The notes under the pieces: generated by a model
What the model was told of the DNA's origin: nothing
What the model saw: only the letters and a program-made list of their open reading frames with translations
Databases searched by the model: none
Translations under genes and position numbers: made by a program
Shown here: one piece after another, positions 32,969 through 44,857 of the stretch
Numbering within the stretch: position 1 is the first letter of the stretch
How the letters are laid out: the number at the start of each line of letters is the position of its first letter
Assembly (NCBI GenBank): GCA_965240325.2
Contig: OZ251245.1
Coordinates: 1,240,001-1,304,000 of the forward strand
Length of the DNA stretch: 64,000 bases
Direction: 5' to 3'
DNA from: Rebecca billardiae RCC1528
Lineage: Eukaryota; Protista; Haptophyta

Positions 32969-34457
32969 CAGGTCGCTGCTTCAACTTTCGGACCCGATTG
33001 CTGTTCACTTTTTGTGCACGATGGCGGCGGCGCCCCCGGGGGTCTGCGGCGCTCGAGATCGCGTCTGGCGGCACCCCCAGGGTGTGCCTGAGGTACAACC
33101 CAGCGGCTATGTACCATTTAGACGACTTTGTTCCACTACCATGTGCCCCACGGACGCCACGAGGTCCACGACGGGGCCGCCGACGGCATGCTTCAACTTT
33201 CGGACCCGCGGGCTCTCAGCGCGCGCGCCGAGTCAGAGCCGCTGCCTGGTGAGCCGTGTGAGTCGGGCTAACGGCATCATGCGTTCTAGACATAACATAC
33301 ATGCAGTAGACCACCTCAGGAACGGACGAACATGCTCACTCAGCTTCCGCGCTAGCCGCCCAGACGGCAGCTGCGGCTGCGCCGCCGCGGGCACCGTCGA
33401 CCACTTTCGGACCGCATGCTCTCAGCATGCACGCGGAGTCTGCTAGCAGCTGCGGCCTGGTAGGCCATTTGAGTCGGGCTGACGGCATCATACATTCCAG
33501 ACATCACGTGCGTGTAGCAGCCAACCCCAGGGGCAGGTAAGCATGCTCACCAGGCGACTGTCGATGTCAGCTCCAGACCCTGCGCCGCGGGCACCGTCCG
33601 GCGTTCGCCGTCGACGTCGACCTGGTGAACTTTCGGACCGCCGGCCAGCACGCGCACGCGCCGCCTCCGCCTCCTTCTGCGCAGTTCGCGCGGCCTTCTT
33701 CTGGTTGAATTCCCGCAACGACCACGAGTCATTCTGGCCATCATTGAGCCGCATGTTGTCCGGCTTCGGCGCGGCGACCTCTACGGCGTGCACAGGAAGG
33801 ATACCGAGCTGGTCGGCGAGCTCAGCCGCGTCGAACCTCACCGCCTCAGCCTAGCGCACGTCATCAAGTTCGGCCTCGTGCTGCTCACGAAGGCGCGCGA
33901 GCTTGGCGGCCTGGCGTGCCGACTACTGCTTGGCAAGCTCAACGTTGGCGCGGAAGGCTGGAGCAGTCTTCCAGCGCATCCCCGCCGGCGTGGCTGTGAA
34001 CACACTCAACTTCGATGATGAGAGCGCGCCAGAGGGCTCGTTGTCGTCGGCCGAGCACGCAGCCGCGCGCCCCAACACCACCGCATGGCAGCCGCCTTCT
34101 GGGCAACTACCGCGCGCTATATCTTGTAGGTTTCCGCTTTCGCGCCTCAACTGAGTACGGCTTGACGCCCTTAGCCGCCTTCATCGAGGCGCTTGCGCTG
34201 GGCCCGGCCGGCGCGCACAGCGTAAGCGCGGGCGTACCGATCAGCGCAGCGCCTGAGCTGCGAGCGGCCGAGGACGATGCCAGCAGGCACCGCGACCCGA
34301 CTGGTAACGTATAGTGACGGGCACGTCACCCCACGCGCCGACAGGCTGCTCAGCCCTGCCGCGGCGCGCCCGCCACGCACCCGCCGATGAGCGAGCCACT
34401 GTCGCCATCGCCCGGGTCCGAAAAACGAAGCAGTCCGAAAAACGAAGCAGCGACCTG
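32969..34457. mobile_element. Tc1/mariner(pogo)-type non-autonomous or decayed element
   Basis: TA|CAGGTCGCTGCTTC...GAAGCAGCGACCTG|TA; repeated (T)TTCGGAC motif near both ends and internally; decayed minus-strand ORF with stops at ~33500-34050. Confidence 0.82.
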
Positions 34458-34510
34458 TAGTAAGTACGAACGTGAACCGGTTCAGGGATTTTGATTCCGA
34501 TTTCACGGCA

Positions 34511-35932
34511 ATGCGCCACGGCGGCGCGCGAGGGCGTGCCGTCCTGTTGCTGCTGCTACTGCGCGCAGCAGCCACGGGGGCCAAAAGCCGTGCCGCGAAG
34601 CGGGCGTGGTACGAGTGCCAGCCCCACCAGCTATGTGCCAAGCCTGGCCCCGCGTGCGAGCACGAGCTCTGCCTTGACGCGGGCCGCAGCGCGTGCGCCT
34701 TCATGCCCGACCTGCGGGATTATGACCTCCTGCGCAAGCGCATGTTTGGGCGTGTTCCGCAGACGGGTGCGTACGCGCTCGACGAGGCCGGCATGGGCCG
34801 CCTGCTCTCGGCCGACTTCGCGCCGACAGACCCGCGCGTCATGCTCATCTCCGGCGCGCGCTCGGGCGGGTTCTGGGCGGTGGTGCTCTCAGTGCTGCAC
34901 CAGGCGCTGCTCGCGCGCGCGATGGGCCTGGACTTCGTGGTCTGGCGGAACGGCACGCTCGACGGCATGTGCGAGGCGGGCGGCGGGACGGAGTGCTGGG
35001 GCGCCTTCTTCAGCCCACCCCGCGGCCGCACGGACGCGGCGCGTCGCGTCGAGCGCGCGCTGCGCGCGCGCGTGCCGCTTGCGGCCGACAGCGCGGCCGG
35101 CCTCAGCTGCGCCGTGCGCGTCCTCCAGTGGGATGCGCACGCCTCGAAGGTGTACCCGACGCGCGCGAAGGTGGCGGCGGAGGAGCGCGCCCGGCGCGCC
35201 GTCCTCGTGCGCGAGCTCGCGCAGCCGCAGCAGGACGTGCGTCGCTTCGCCGACCGCTGGTGGGAGCAGCGCGTGGGCGCGCGCACGGCCGGGGGCACGC
35301 TGCCTGTGCGCGTGCTGGGCGTGCACATCCGCGGCACCGACAAGAACGCGCGCCTCGGCATCGTGCCGCCGCGCTGCTACTACGGGCTGATCGACGCGTA
35401 CGTCGCGCACCACGCCAGCCCCGCCTCGAACGGCAGCGTGCTCGTCTTCCTCGCGACGGACGACACGCACTTCGAGGCACAGATGCGCGCGCGGTACGGC
35501 GGTGCGCTGCTCACGCAGGCGGACGCGCTGCTGCGCGGGCGGCGGGACATGCCCATCTGGACGGCCGAGGCGCGCGTCTCGAGCAAGTACCGGCGCTCGT
35601 TCGAGGTGATGGTCGACACGCTGCTACTGGCGCGCTGCGACTTCCTGCTCAAGAGCATCTCGGCCGTGAGCGAGTTTGCCCTCTACTACCGGCCAGAGCT
35701 GCCCTCGCTCGACCTGCAGATCCCAGACCAGCCGCTGCCGGCGTGGGCGGCGCAGCCACGCGCCGCGGACCGCGCGCGCGGGGGTGCCAGCGGCCGAGCA
35801 TCAGTCGCCGCCCGTGAGGAGCCGACTCGCGGCTGCCCGCGCGCGAGCCGCCTGTCGGCGACGGCGGTGGGGATGGATGGCGCCAGGCCCAGGCCCGGCG
35901 CGCTGGTTGCGGCACGGCGACGATATATATGA
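34511..35932 (+). CDS. NodZ/FUT8-like alpha-1,6-fucosyltransferase (GT23-like)
   Basis: VLGVHIRGTDK (motif I), VFLATDD (II), DTLLLARCDFLLKSISAVS (III); N-terminal hydrophobic segment. Confidence 0.85.
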   Translation: MRHGGARGRAVLLLLLLRAAATGAKSRAAKRAWYECQPHQLCAKPGPACEHELCLDAGRSACAFMPDLRDYDLLRKRMFGRVPQTGAYALDEAGMGRLLSADFAPTDPRVMLISGARSGGFWAVVLSVLHQALLARAMGLDFVVWRNGTLDGMCEAGGGTECWGAFFSPPRGRTDAARRVERALRARVPLAADSAAGLSCAVRVLQWDAHASKVYPTRAKVAAEERARRAVLVRELAQPQQDVRRFADRWWEQRVGARTAGGTLPVRVLGVHIRGTDKNARLGIVPPRCYYGLIDAYVAHHASPASNGSVLVFLATDDTHFEAQMRARYGGALLTQADALLRGRRDMPIWTAEARVSSKYRRSFEVMVDTLLLARCDFLLKSISAVSEFALYYRPELPSLDLQIPDQPLPAWAAQPRAADRARGGASGRASVAAREEPTRGCPRASRLSATAVGMDGARPRPGALVAARRRYI

Positions 35933-37020
35933 ATATCTTCAGATTATCAGTACGAGACGACGACGACGACGACGATATAGATAGCAGACGCGACGATATG
36001 GCGTATAGTATGACTGACGACGAATATATATATATATGCATGTGGATTGTGGGGTTATATTGGCGCACAATAACTGATTGTCTAAGAGGACGGTGGGAGC
36101 GCAATGCGCCGTATATGGTATCATCAGCAACACCTGCCTGCCAATCGGCCCGAGGCAGGCGGCCGAGCGCAAGTCCGGCTGCCATCTTGGCCACCCTCTT
36201 CTCCGTGCCACGAGGGTCTTTCGCCAGCCTGCTCTGTGCGCGCGCACAACGGCCCAGAACTAGCTAACTCGTTATGTGCTGCTCCTGAGCTTTGAGCGGG
36301 TTGGCATGGTGGCTCTGGACAGCCAATTGGTGGCCTGGATTCTTTCATCTGGCGCCGAGCCGACCGACGCGGCCCTGTGTCTCTCTCGCTCACGCAGCGG
36401 ACGACGCCCTTCGTTTCGGAAGCGCCCACTGTCCTGATGGCTGCAGCTGTTCCGTGGGCCTGCATCTTTCAGGGCGCCCGCCTCTGCACGATGGTGCCTC
36501 GTGCCTCGCTCTCGTGCGGCTTGGCGGCTCTCGAGCTGCGTCTTCCAAGCTGCCCGCCCGCCCGCCCATGCTGTTGCCAGCTGCTTGTTGCCTGGCGGCA
36601 CTTCTGCTGCTGAGTCGGCGCTGTGCGCCCTCCGTCCTCATGCTGTTCCTCGGTTCGGCTTGCTGAGACTCGCTCTCTCAGTCTGCGTGCCGGCGCGCGG
36701 GGATCCATCTCACACCGCGCGTCTGTCGGCGTCGAGCGGCCAGTCCTGCCGCGCGCTCGGCCTGAGCGGCTGCCGCTCGCACTTTGTCATTAGTCCGAGG
36801 AACAAAAATCCCAATATATATATATATATAGTACTATATATATGACTGATGATACGCGCGCTATCGTCATGGCGACACGGCGATGCTGCTGCTGACGATC
36901 CAATATAACTAATAATAATAATCAATAATAATAATAATATCATGCTGGCGCGGCCTGCGCCTGCGGCCTGCTGGCTGGCGGCCAGTCCGAGCAGCGCCCG
37001 GAGGCGTTGATCGTCCTCCG

Positions 37021-39584
37021 TCAGACAATCCCCGCGCTCGACGGCAGGTCGGCGATCCGCTCGATGAACTGCCCCGGCCGCTTGTGCACGATGCGCGTGG
37101 CGATGATCTCGACGGCGGAGGGGCCGGCGAGGAAGAGCTCCGCCTCGAGCGCCGCGCGCCGCCTCACCTCCAGCCGGCGCGAGCGCGCGTGCTCCCGCTG
37201 CTCCGCGGCCTGCTCGGCGCGCAGCTGCTCGTACGCGCGGCCGATCTCGGCCTGCTCCGCCGCGCGCGAGGGCGTGGGGCGGAAGAGGCTGGCGCCGCCG
37301 ACGGAGCAGTGCAGGTCCGGCGACGAGTGCAGCACGCGCATCGGCTGCGCCCACGGCCTGGTGGTGCGCATCGCCGCGCGCTGCAGCCCATCCATGCCAG
37401 TCCACGTCTGCGGCAGCGCGCCCGTGCGCACGGCGGCGTCGCGGGGCGAGCGCGGCGCCGCGCCGCCGCCGTCCGCGCCGCGCGCGCCGGGCTGCGGCGT
37501 GCCGGGCACGCTGCTCGCCTCCGACAGCGCGCTGCCGCCGCCCACCGAGCTGAGCTGCACACTGGAGTGGCGCCGCGCCGACGCCGCCGGCAGCGCAGGC
37601 CTGTGCGCTGAGTGGCTTGTCGACGCGCGGCCCGCGCCGAGAGCCTCCGACACGGGCCGGGCGTGCGCGGGGAGGCAGCGGCCGAACGCGACGCGCGGCG
37701 GCCTGGGCTGCCCAAAGCCGCTGCCGCTGCCGCCCCACGCGAGCGCGGACTCGCGAGCCTCGGCGGCGCCGGCGGCGAGCGCGGCCGCGGCCGCGGCGCC
37801 GCCGGGCGCGGCCGCCGCGGTCGCCGGCCGTTCGATGGCGGGCGGGGCGAGGAGCGGTGCGGCGCCGTCGGCCGCGCGGCCGCTCGTCGCGGTGGTGGGG
37901 CGTGTCGCGCTGCTCGGTGCGCTCACGCCGCGCGGCGCATCCGCGCTCGTCGCGCCGCCGCGCTGCCCGCCGGGGGGCGGAGGCGGAGGCGCCGCGTGCG
38001 CCGCGCCGCCGCCCTCGCGCCACGCGGCGGGCCGGGAGCGGCCGCCGCCGCCGGGGTCCGCCGTGGCCGCGCGCCGCAGCGGCGTGTGCTGCGTCGGCCT
38101 CACGCCGCCGTCCCCCGTCGGCGCGCGCGGCTCCGCGCCCGCGCCCCCCCGCGCGCGCGAGCGGCCGCTCACGTCCAGCCCGTGCGTGTACGCCAGCACG
38201 AGCGGCGAGGGCGCCGAGCAGTCGACCCGCTGCCGCGGCGGGCGCGCCCGCAGCCGCACGAGCGACGTGTTGGAGCGCCGCAGCACGAGCGAGAGCTGCT
38301 CCGACCAGACGGAGGGCGGCACCAGCTGCTCCCGGGCGCAAGCCGCGCAAGCCGCGCGGGGCGAGGAGCGCCGCACAGGCGCGCGCGCGCGATGGCGCAG
38401 GGCCGCGGTCAGGTGTGGAAGCGGCGCGGCGGCGCGGCGGCGCGGCGGCGCGGCGGCGCGGCGGCGCGGCGGCGCGGCGCCGCGGCGCGGGCGTGGCTGC
38501 GCACCTGGCAGCGCGCGGTGAGCGCGTACTGCGGCTGCATGCACGTCTCCGCCGCGGTGAGCGCGCCGATCTGCGCCTCGATCGACTTCTCGCGCCGCGC
38601 CGCCTCCGCGCCGCCCGCCGCCCCGTCCGTCAGCTCGAGCTCAGAGGTGGCGGAGGAGAGCGTCGAGTGCTCGCGCCGCACGCGCGGGCGGCCGTCGGGC
38701 GCGGTCGGGGCGGCGGCGGCGGCGGCGGCGGCGGCCGCGGCGTTCGGCGCGCCGCCGCTCGAGTCGCGCGGCACCCGCTCCGCGCGCTCCGCCCGCCGCG
38801 TCGACTGCTTCTCCGACGCGGCCACCTGGTCCTTGGTGTCCTGCAGCGCGCTCGACCACGCGGACGAGAGCTCGCGCAGCGCGGCGGAGGTGCGGCGCTC
38901 GAGGATGTGCTCGGGGAGGCGGCGGCCGGTGAGCGCGAAGGCGACGAGCGCGACCGCCGAGCGCGCCAGCGCCGCGCGCAGCGCGTCCGCCGCCGGCACG
39001 AACGCCGTGCGGCACAGCCCGGCTAGCAGCGCTATGGTGAGCGCGCGCTCAAAGCAGCGGAAAAACGCGTCGCCGTGCTCGCGCACGGAGAGGTGGAGGG
39101 AGGCGTACGCGCGGGGCACGCCGACGGACATGTCGGGGGCGGAGTGCGGCGGCGTCGCGCCCACCGAGCCGAGCAGGTGCCAGTACATCCCCGCGCACAC
39201 CGCCACCGCCGGCTCGGCCACGCTGTGTTCGCTCAGCACCGCGCGCAGCCGCGGCTGCGCGTCGACGGCGGGCAGCACGAACTGGAGCGCCTCGGCGAGC
39301 GCGGGCTGGGCGGAGAAGGAGAGCCGGCCGGTGAATAGCTCCGCGCGGTTCTCCTCGCCGACGAGGAAGTCGAGCAGCGGGAAGCGCTCCGCGTCGCCCG
39401 GCGCGGCGCGCCCACGCGCCGCGCCGCGCGCGTCGGCGTCGTCGGCCGAGCCGATCTCGTCGGCCTCGGGCAGCGCGCCGTCGGCGAGGTGCGTGGCCGA
39501 CGCGCCCGACGGCCGGCGCACCGTCGAGGAGTACTTGGGCCGAGCTGCGCCGCCGCGCGGCGAGTCGGGGCCGGAGCCGGTCAT
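37021..39584 (-). CDS. Uncharacterised protein, N-terminal part FAM227-like; intron around 38335-38530
   Basis: Two overlapping long ORFs separated by a (GCGGCGCG)n-containing intron-like block; AGMYWHLL and YASLHLSVREHGDAFFRCFERALTIAL resemble FAM227 motifs. Confidence 0.5.
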
Positions 39585-39896
39585 CGTGCCCTGCAGCGCG
39601 CCGGCGCTGTTACACGGCCCTCGGCGACGAGTGACGGCCAAGGCCCCCACGCGCAAGGCCCCTCCCATAACCTCATACCGGTTCAGGGCATCGGTGTCTG
39701 CAACGGCTTATTGGAGCGCGTTATTGAATAATACGCGACGTGATTGCGGTCGGGGCCGCGCTGGTCGGGCCCCGGATCACGCCCGGACGTGCTCAAGTAA
39801 TATTGCGCGCGCTGACGACGCGCGCCCTGGCCAGCCAGGAGCTCCAAACCGCGGCCCGGCTCGCCAAGCCGCCGGGGGGGGCCGACGCAACACCCG

Positions 39897-40706
39897 ATGG
39901 CGCCGCACGTCGCAAGCGCCGCCGATGTGTTCAACCTATTCGTGGGCGAGAGCCTGCTGATGTTCGACTGCTCCGGGCGCGACACAGTCATGCCCGGCTC
40001 CGTCCGCGTCGAGGTTGGCGGCTCCGCCTCTGCCGCGGACGCGGCGCGCGCGGCGCACGAGTTTGCTCAGGACGAGGTCGCGCCCGACCGCGAGGACCAC
40101 GCGATCGTGCTGGCGGGCGAGGACGCGGCGTTCTCCGACGGCGTGGTGCGGTGGCTGGCGGACCCGAGCGGAGGCAAGTGCACGCGCGTCCTCCTCGCCT
40201 CGCGCGCCGACGTCGAGGCCGCGTTCCCCTTCCTGTTTGGCGTCGAGTCGCATGCCGATCTCCCCTTCTTGCCGAGCGTCGTCACGCCCGGCAAGCTGCT
40301 GCTGGGCTCGCGCGCGTGCACGGCCGAGAGGTCGCTGCAGCTGATGGGCGTCACCCACGTCCTCAGCGTCATCTCGCACGAGCTCGAGCTCCCCGCCGGC
40401 GCCAGCGCGCGCCACCTGCTGCTGCACATCGACGACGCGGACGAGGCGGAGCTCACGCCTGTGCTCGAGCGCGCGCTGCCCTTCCTCGAGGACGCGCGCG
40501 CGAGCGGCGGCGTGGCGCTGGTGCACTGCGACCGGGGCGCGTCGCGCTCGGTCGCCGTCGTCGTCGCGCACCTCATCGCGAGCGGCGAGCACGCCAGCGT
40601 CGACGACGCGCTCGCGGCCGTGCGCGCGTGCCGCGCAAGCGCCGCCCCCAACGCGGGCTTCATGCGCCAGCTGAACGAGTTCGCGCAGAGGCACCAGAAG
40701 CTCTAG
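39897..40706 (+). CDS. Dual-specificity protein phosphatase with degenerate rhodanese-like N-terminus
   Basis: GVTHVLSV, IDDADEAEL, active-site VHCDRGASRS, PNAGFMRQL. Confidence 0.92.
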   Translation: MAPHVASAADVFNLFVGESLLMFDCSGRDTVMPGSVRVEVGGSASAADAARAAHEFAQDEVAPDREDHAIVLAGEDAAFSDGVVRWLADPSGGKCTRVLLASRADVEAAFPFLFGVESHADLPFLPSVVTPGKLLLGSRACTAERSLQLMGVTHVLSVISHELELPAGASARHLLLHIDDADEAELTPVLERALPFLEDARASGGVALVHCDRGASRSVAVVVAHLIASGEHASVDDALAAVRACRASAAPNAGFMRQLNEFAQRHQKL

Positions 40707-43379
40707 CGGGCGGGGGCGGCGGCGGCGGCGCGCGCGCGACGCGCCGGGCCGCGCATGGCCCGCACCGGCCGCTGGCCACGGCTGGGCGGGGGCGCAGCCG
40801 GGCTGGCCGCGGCGCGCGCCGCGGGCGCGCCGCGCGCCGGCTCGGCGGCGGTGGCGGCCCCAGCGCGCACTGCGCTGCGCTGCGCGGGCGCGGGGCGCCG
40901 CGTCGGGCTGCTGGGGCAGCGGCCGCACCGACAGTGGGCATGGGCGACGTCGCGGCCGCGCGACCTGTGCCGGGCACGCCCTGGGGTGCCGGGACCATCT
41001 CCCAGCGTGTCTCGTCGCGCGGCGCACCCGTGCAATCGCACCCGCGCGCGACGCCCGCCGGGCGTTGCGTGCGCATACGCGGTGGGCGGACGGCGCTGCC
41101 GAGTGACTTCACAGCGGCAGTGGGCGAGTGACAGCGGCAGTGCACGCCTCACTGCGGGCGCCCGACTGCGCTGCCGACGATGGCGATCGGCCTACAATAC
41201 CCTCGCACACGAGAGACGCGGCTCGGCGCTGATGATGCCGCGCGACATGGCAGGCGACGACCGCTGTTAGTGTTGTCGACCGCACATTGGCCATTGCGCT
41301 AACGAAATCGGATCCCGCGCGCGCGCGATACAGCACAGCGGCAGCGACGACGAGAGAGGAGAACCGCGAAGACAGTCCGCCCTACATTAAAGTAGATGAG
41401 TCGATCGTCAATAATTATAAGACAAGCCGCGACCAATTTACAGATGAAATAATAAGTCTGGAATACCGAATAAGCAGCTGCCAAGCTGCATCAGCCAGCC
41501 CGCCGGTCCGAGGCGCACTATATATATAGTACCGCGGTCAGACTGGCCGGTCACGGGTCGGCTCGTCGGGACCGCCGGGCTGACGACTACTGCGGACCGT
41601 CGTCATCGGAATTATATTGATGAATTTGATGGCAGCTGCCGGCCCGATCGTCGTCAGGCCCCGCGGGTCCGGACGCGGCCTCGGCCCGGCTCGGGCCTGG
41701 CGGCCTGTTTTATTCCGCGCGGGGGGGGCACGCCCGGATTTAACCGTGCCGCCCCCGCGGCTTTGTGCAACATCAAGGAGAGTCCGGACGCTTCTCGTCG
41801 CCGCCAGGCGCGGGGACCCCTCGCGACGGCCGCGCCGCCGCGCGTAAGGGTGGCGACCCGCACCTCACGCCGGCCCGCGCATTCGGCGGGGCGCGCGCGG
41901 AGCGCGCCGGGCGTGGGCGCGTCGGCCCGTACGCTCGGAGCCCCGGGCGAGAAAATTCCGAGCGCGCCGCGCCGCGCCCGTCGCGCCGCGCTGCGTCGTG
42001 CGCCGTGCACGCGTTCGGTTCGGCTCGGGTGCCGAGCGCAGCCGCGGAGCGGAAAGAGAGCCGGGAGCGGGTGCGCTGGCGCGGGCGGGGTGTGGAGGCA
42101 CGCTACGGGAGTCTACCTCTCGTGCCGCGCGCGCGCGCCCGCTCGGCGCCGTCACTTGGCGCGGCCGTAGGCGTCCAAGCGTCGATGGTTGGCCTCGCTG
42201 TCGAGAACCGCGCTAAAGGGGCCGCCTGGGGGCCGTAACGCTTGACGAGACCGAGCACGGTGCTGACGAGACCGAATACGCACCGGCACCGGCCCATGGA
42301 AGCCCGCCGCGCGCTGTGGCCGCGCGCCGCGCGCACATCAGGCGGGGCGCGCGCGGAGTCCGCCGCGCGTGGGGGCCTCAGCCAGTACGCTCAGGCCCCC
42401 GGGGGAAGCGCATGCGACCTCGCCGCGCCGCGCCCGTCGCGCCACGCCACGGCGTGAGCAGTGCGTCCCGGTTCGACCAGGGTCGCGGCGCGCGCCGCTG
42501 CACGCTACCACTGGGGCGGATGGTGCGCGCCGCGCGCGCGGGGGCGGCTTGTGGAGGCGGGCGGTGACGGCCTGGCTCGCCTGCCGCGCGCGCGCCGCCC
42601 TGCGTTGCGTCCTGAACTCTCCGTGCTCGCAGGGTGCGGATGCTGCACGAGAGCCAGTGCTGTGACTCTCTGTGACGGGCTGGGCTGGGCTGCTAGGCGG
42701 CTGCGGGCCTCCCGTGTGGGTTGGATGGATGCCCGCTGCGACGCTGGCCGCACGATTGCGTCCTTCCGCTTTGCCTTGCCCTTGGCAGCTGCGCCACCGT
42801 TGTGCGGCATGTGCTGCCAGGTGAGCGAGGCTCGCTCCTCGGGCGGCTGGATGACCACAATCGCGGATGGCTTGGTGCGGACGGGGTGGTCTTGGTCCCC
42901 TGTCTCATCGCCAGCACGTTGCGGCTGCAGCAGCCGCAGGCGTGTCTGCTTGATGGGCTCCGGCCGGCAGCCCAGACTCCATTTTACCTCTCACATCAGT
43001 GGGCCTTGGGGCAGTGAGCTGGTGTCAGGTGTGACGCCGGGCATCAAGCCTGAATCGGCAGGGAGGCGGAGGGAGCGCACCACGTTAACTAACGTGCGAC
43101 TCGTGCGACAGGTGCCTGGTGACGTCTCGCCGTATGGCCACTTGTGGGCCAACCGGCCAGTGCACGGCGCGGTTGGCTCGCTCGCACTGCGTCTGCGGCG
43201 CCTGGCCGGAACCAGGGTGCGTTCGTAAGATTCCTATAGTTTACCGCGGATCGTGTCAGACGTCACAGCCCATTGATGCGCGTCAGTCCGAGGTTAGCCA
43301 GCACGAGCACAGCCAAGGGGAAGCTATGCCGGAACCAAGTCGTGCTGCACAGGTGGCGCCACACCGCACACGAGGACTC

Positions 43380-43560
43380 GCCGGCTGCGGGCTGGTCCGA
43401 CTCCGTCACTCGCATGGGCCACACTCCTCCGACATCGACTGTCTCCTATGCTGGAAGCAGAGATCGTCGTCTAGAAGGTGAGGCGGAACCTTGCGGGATG
43501 GTCACGGCGCTGGATGGACAGAGGGAGCGCTGCTGAGTGCTGGCGAGGACATCGTTTGCG
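43380..43560 (+). pseudogene. WD40-repeat fragment
   Basis: AGWSDSV..GHTPPTSTVSYAGSRDRRL..VTALD, then frameshift to LLSAGED. Confidence 0.45.
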
Positions 43561-43751
43561 CAGCACGGCCGGACGGCCGCGGACCATTTCTTCTTTACGG
43601 TTATTTCTACCAGATTCCATTTACTATGTCACGGCGACAAACCCGTGCCCGCCAGTGGGAATCGGTGTCACGCCCCGTTGGGTGTACCTCTCACGGCCGA
43701 TGGCGGCTCCCACGTGCGCAAGGAATGCGATTCGTGCACTCCTCGGTGACC

Positions 43752-43820
43752 GGTGAGTGCACGAATCCAGTTGCGGCGCTCGTCCGCCTCGTCGTTGTCG
43801 CACACGAGGTACACCCAACA
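43752..43820 (-). pseudogene. PH-domain C-terminal fragment
   Basis: CWVYLVCDNDEADERRNWIRALT matches the PH beta7 + C-terminal helix (E...WI.AL). Confidence 0.55.
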
Positions 43821-44857
43821 CCATGGGTCGGATCCCAGAACTCTCCGCGCGCTCGCGCCTGCGCGGCACTGGCAGGCTTGTTCTCATCATCTTGGCCAAG
43901 ACTGCAGCCTGAAAGATGCGCGAGGACGCGTGTGCACGCCTTTCCGCGCGTCATGGGTGCGCGTGGCACGCACCTTGTAATATTATACGCCGAGGAGGCC
44001 TGAGCATCCGGCCTACTAACCTTCCGCGATCACGTTCAAATGCAGGCGGCAAGCTGCAAGCAAGCGCACGCCGAACGGAAGCATCTCAAGCTCGACAAGG
44101 TAGTGGCGGCGGAGCGTTTAGAGCTGGTGGCGATTGCAGTCCATCTGGCTGTGAACTGGTCGCTAACTGACACGGGTGCGACGCAGCAGCCAAGGCAGAG
44201 TGCTTGCAGCTTGCAGAGGGCCTCCAGCTGCAGCGGTTTGCCGCCGCTCGCCGCCGCTGCATCGTGCACACTGCCGTGCACCGCGAGTGACCCCTGTGTC
44301 AAGGCGAAGCACCACGGCAAGGCGAATCAGCATGTCTGACAACATCCTTCGCCACAGCGCAGCGCCTCAACACGAGAATGCGCGAATGGCGTGCCATCAC
44401 TTCTCCGAACTAGCTCCGGGGCCCGCACCAGCGGGCAAGTCGCCATTGTACCGCGTTTTGGCGAATGTCGCCTTTGGGCTCTCGTAGAAATAAAACAGGC
44501 CTGGCATTATGAGGCCGAGCATCATCAGCAGTGTCATGATGGTGCTGCCATTGGCGGACTATATATTGGTAACACGACGCAATTACGCGCTATGAAATCA
44601 TGCTGACGTCGAAGTGCATATGCTGCTCAGCTGCTCGGATGAACTTTGGGCGGCGCGCGTGCGGAAGTGTCATCAAGTCGTGTAATCATGCATCATGATG
44701 ACTACACCGCCGCCAGAGTCCGCCCAGCTGCATCAGCATCGGGCGGAGGGCCAGTAGCGCTCCTGCAGCCGCGATGCGAGGGCTGGTGGGCGCGTACAGC
44801 TGCAAGCCACGGTGAAGGCGCTGCGCACTGCTGCCCTCCAAGCGGCGCGCCCCTCGC

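Larger units (their letters stand above)
41706..44497. mobile_element. Non-autonomous TIR element with TGT...ACA ends (Ginger-like) carrying gene fragments
   Basis: GGCC|TGTTTTATT...AATAAAACA|GGCC (4-bp TSD GGCC; alternatively TIR GGCCTGTTTTATT with TSD TGGC); related copy at 19340-20462. Confidence 0.75.

Noticed and set aside
31476-33098. 540-aa N-terminally extended GT10 ORF
   Set aside because: The extension runs into the transposon TIR; the ATG at 32873 precedes the hydrophobic anchor.
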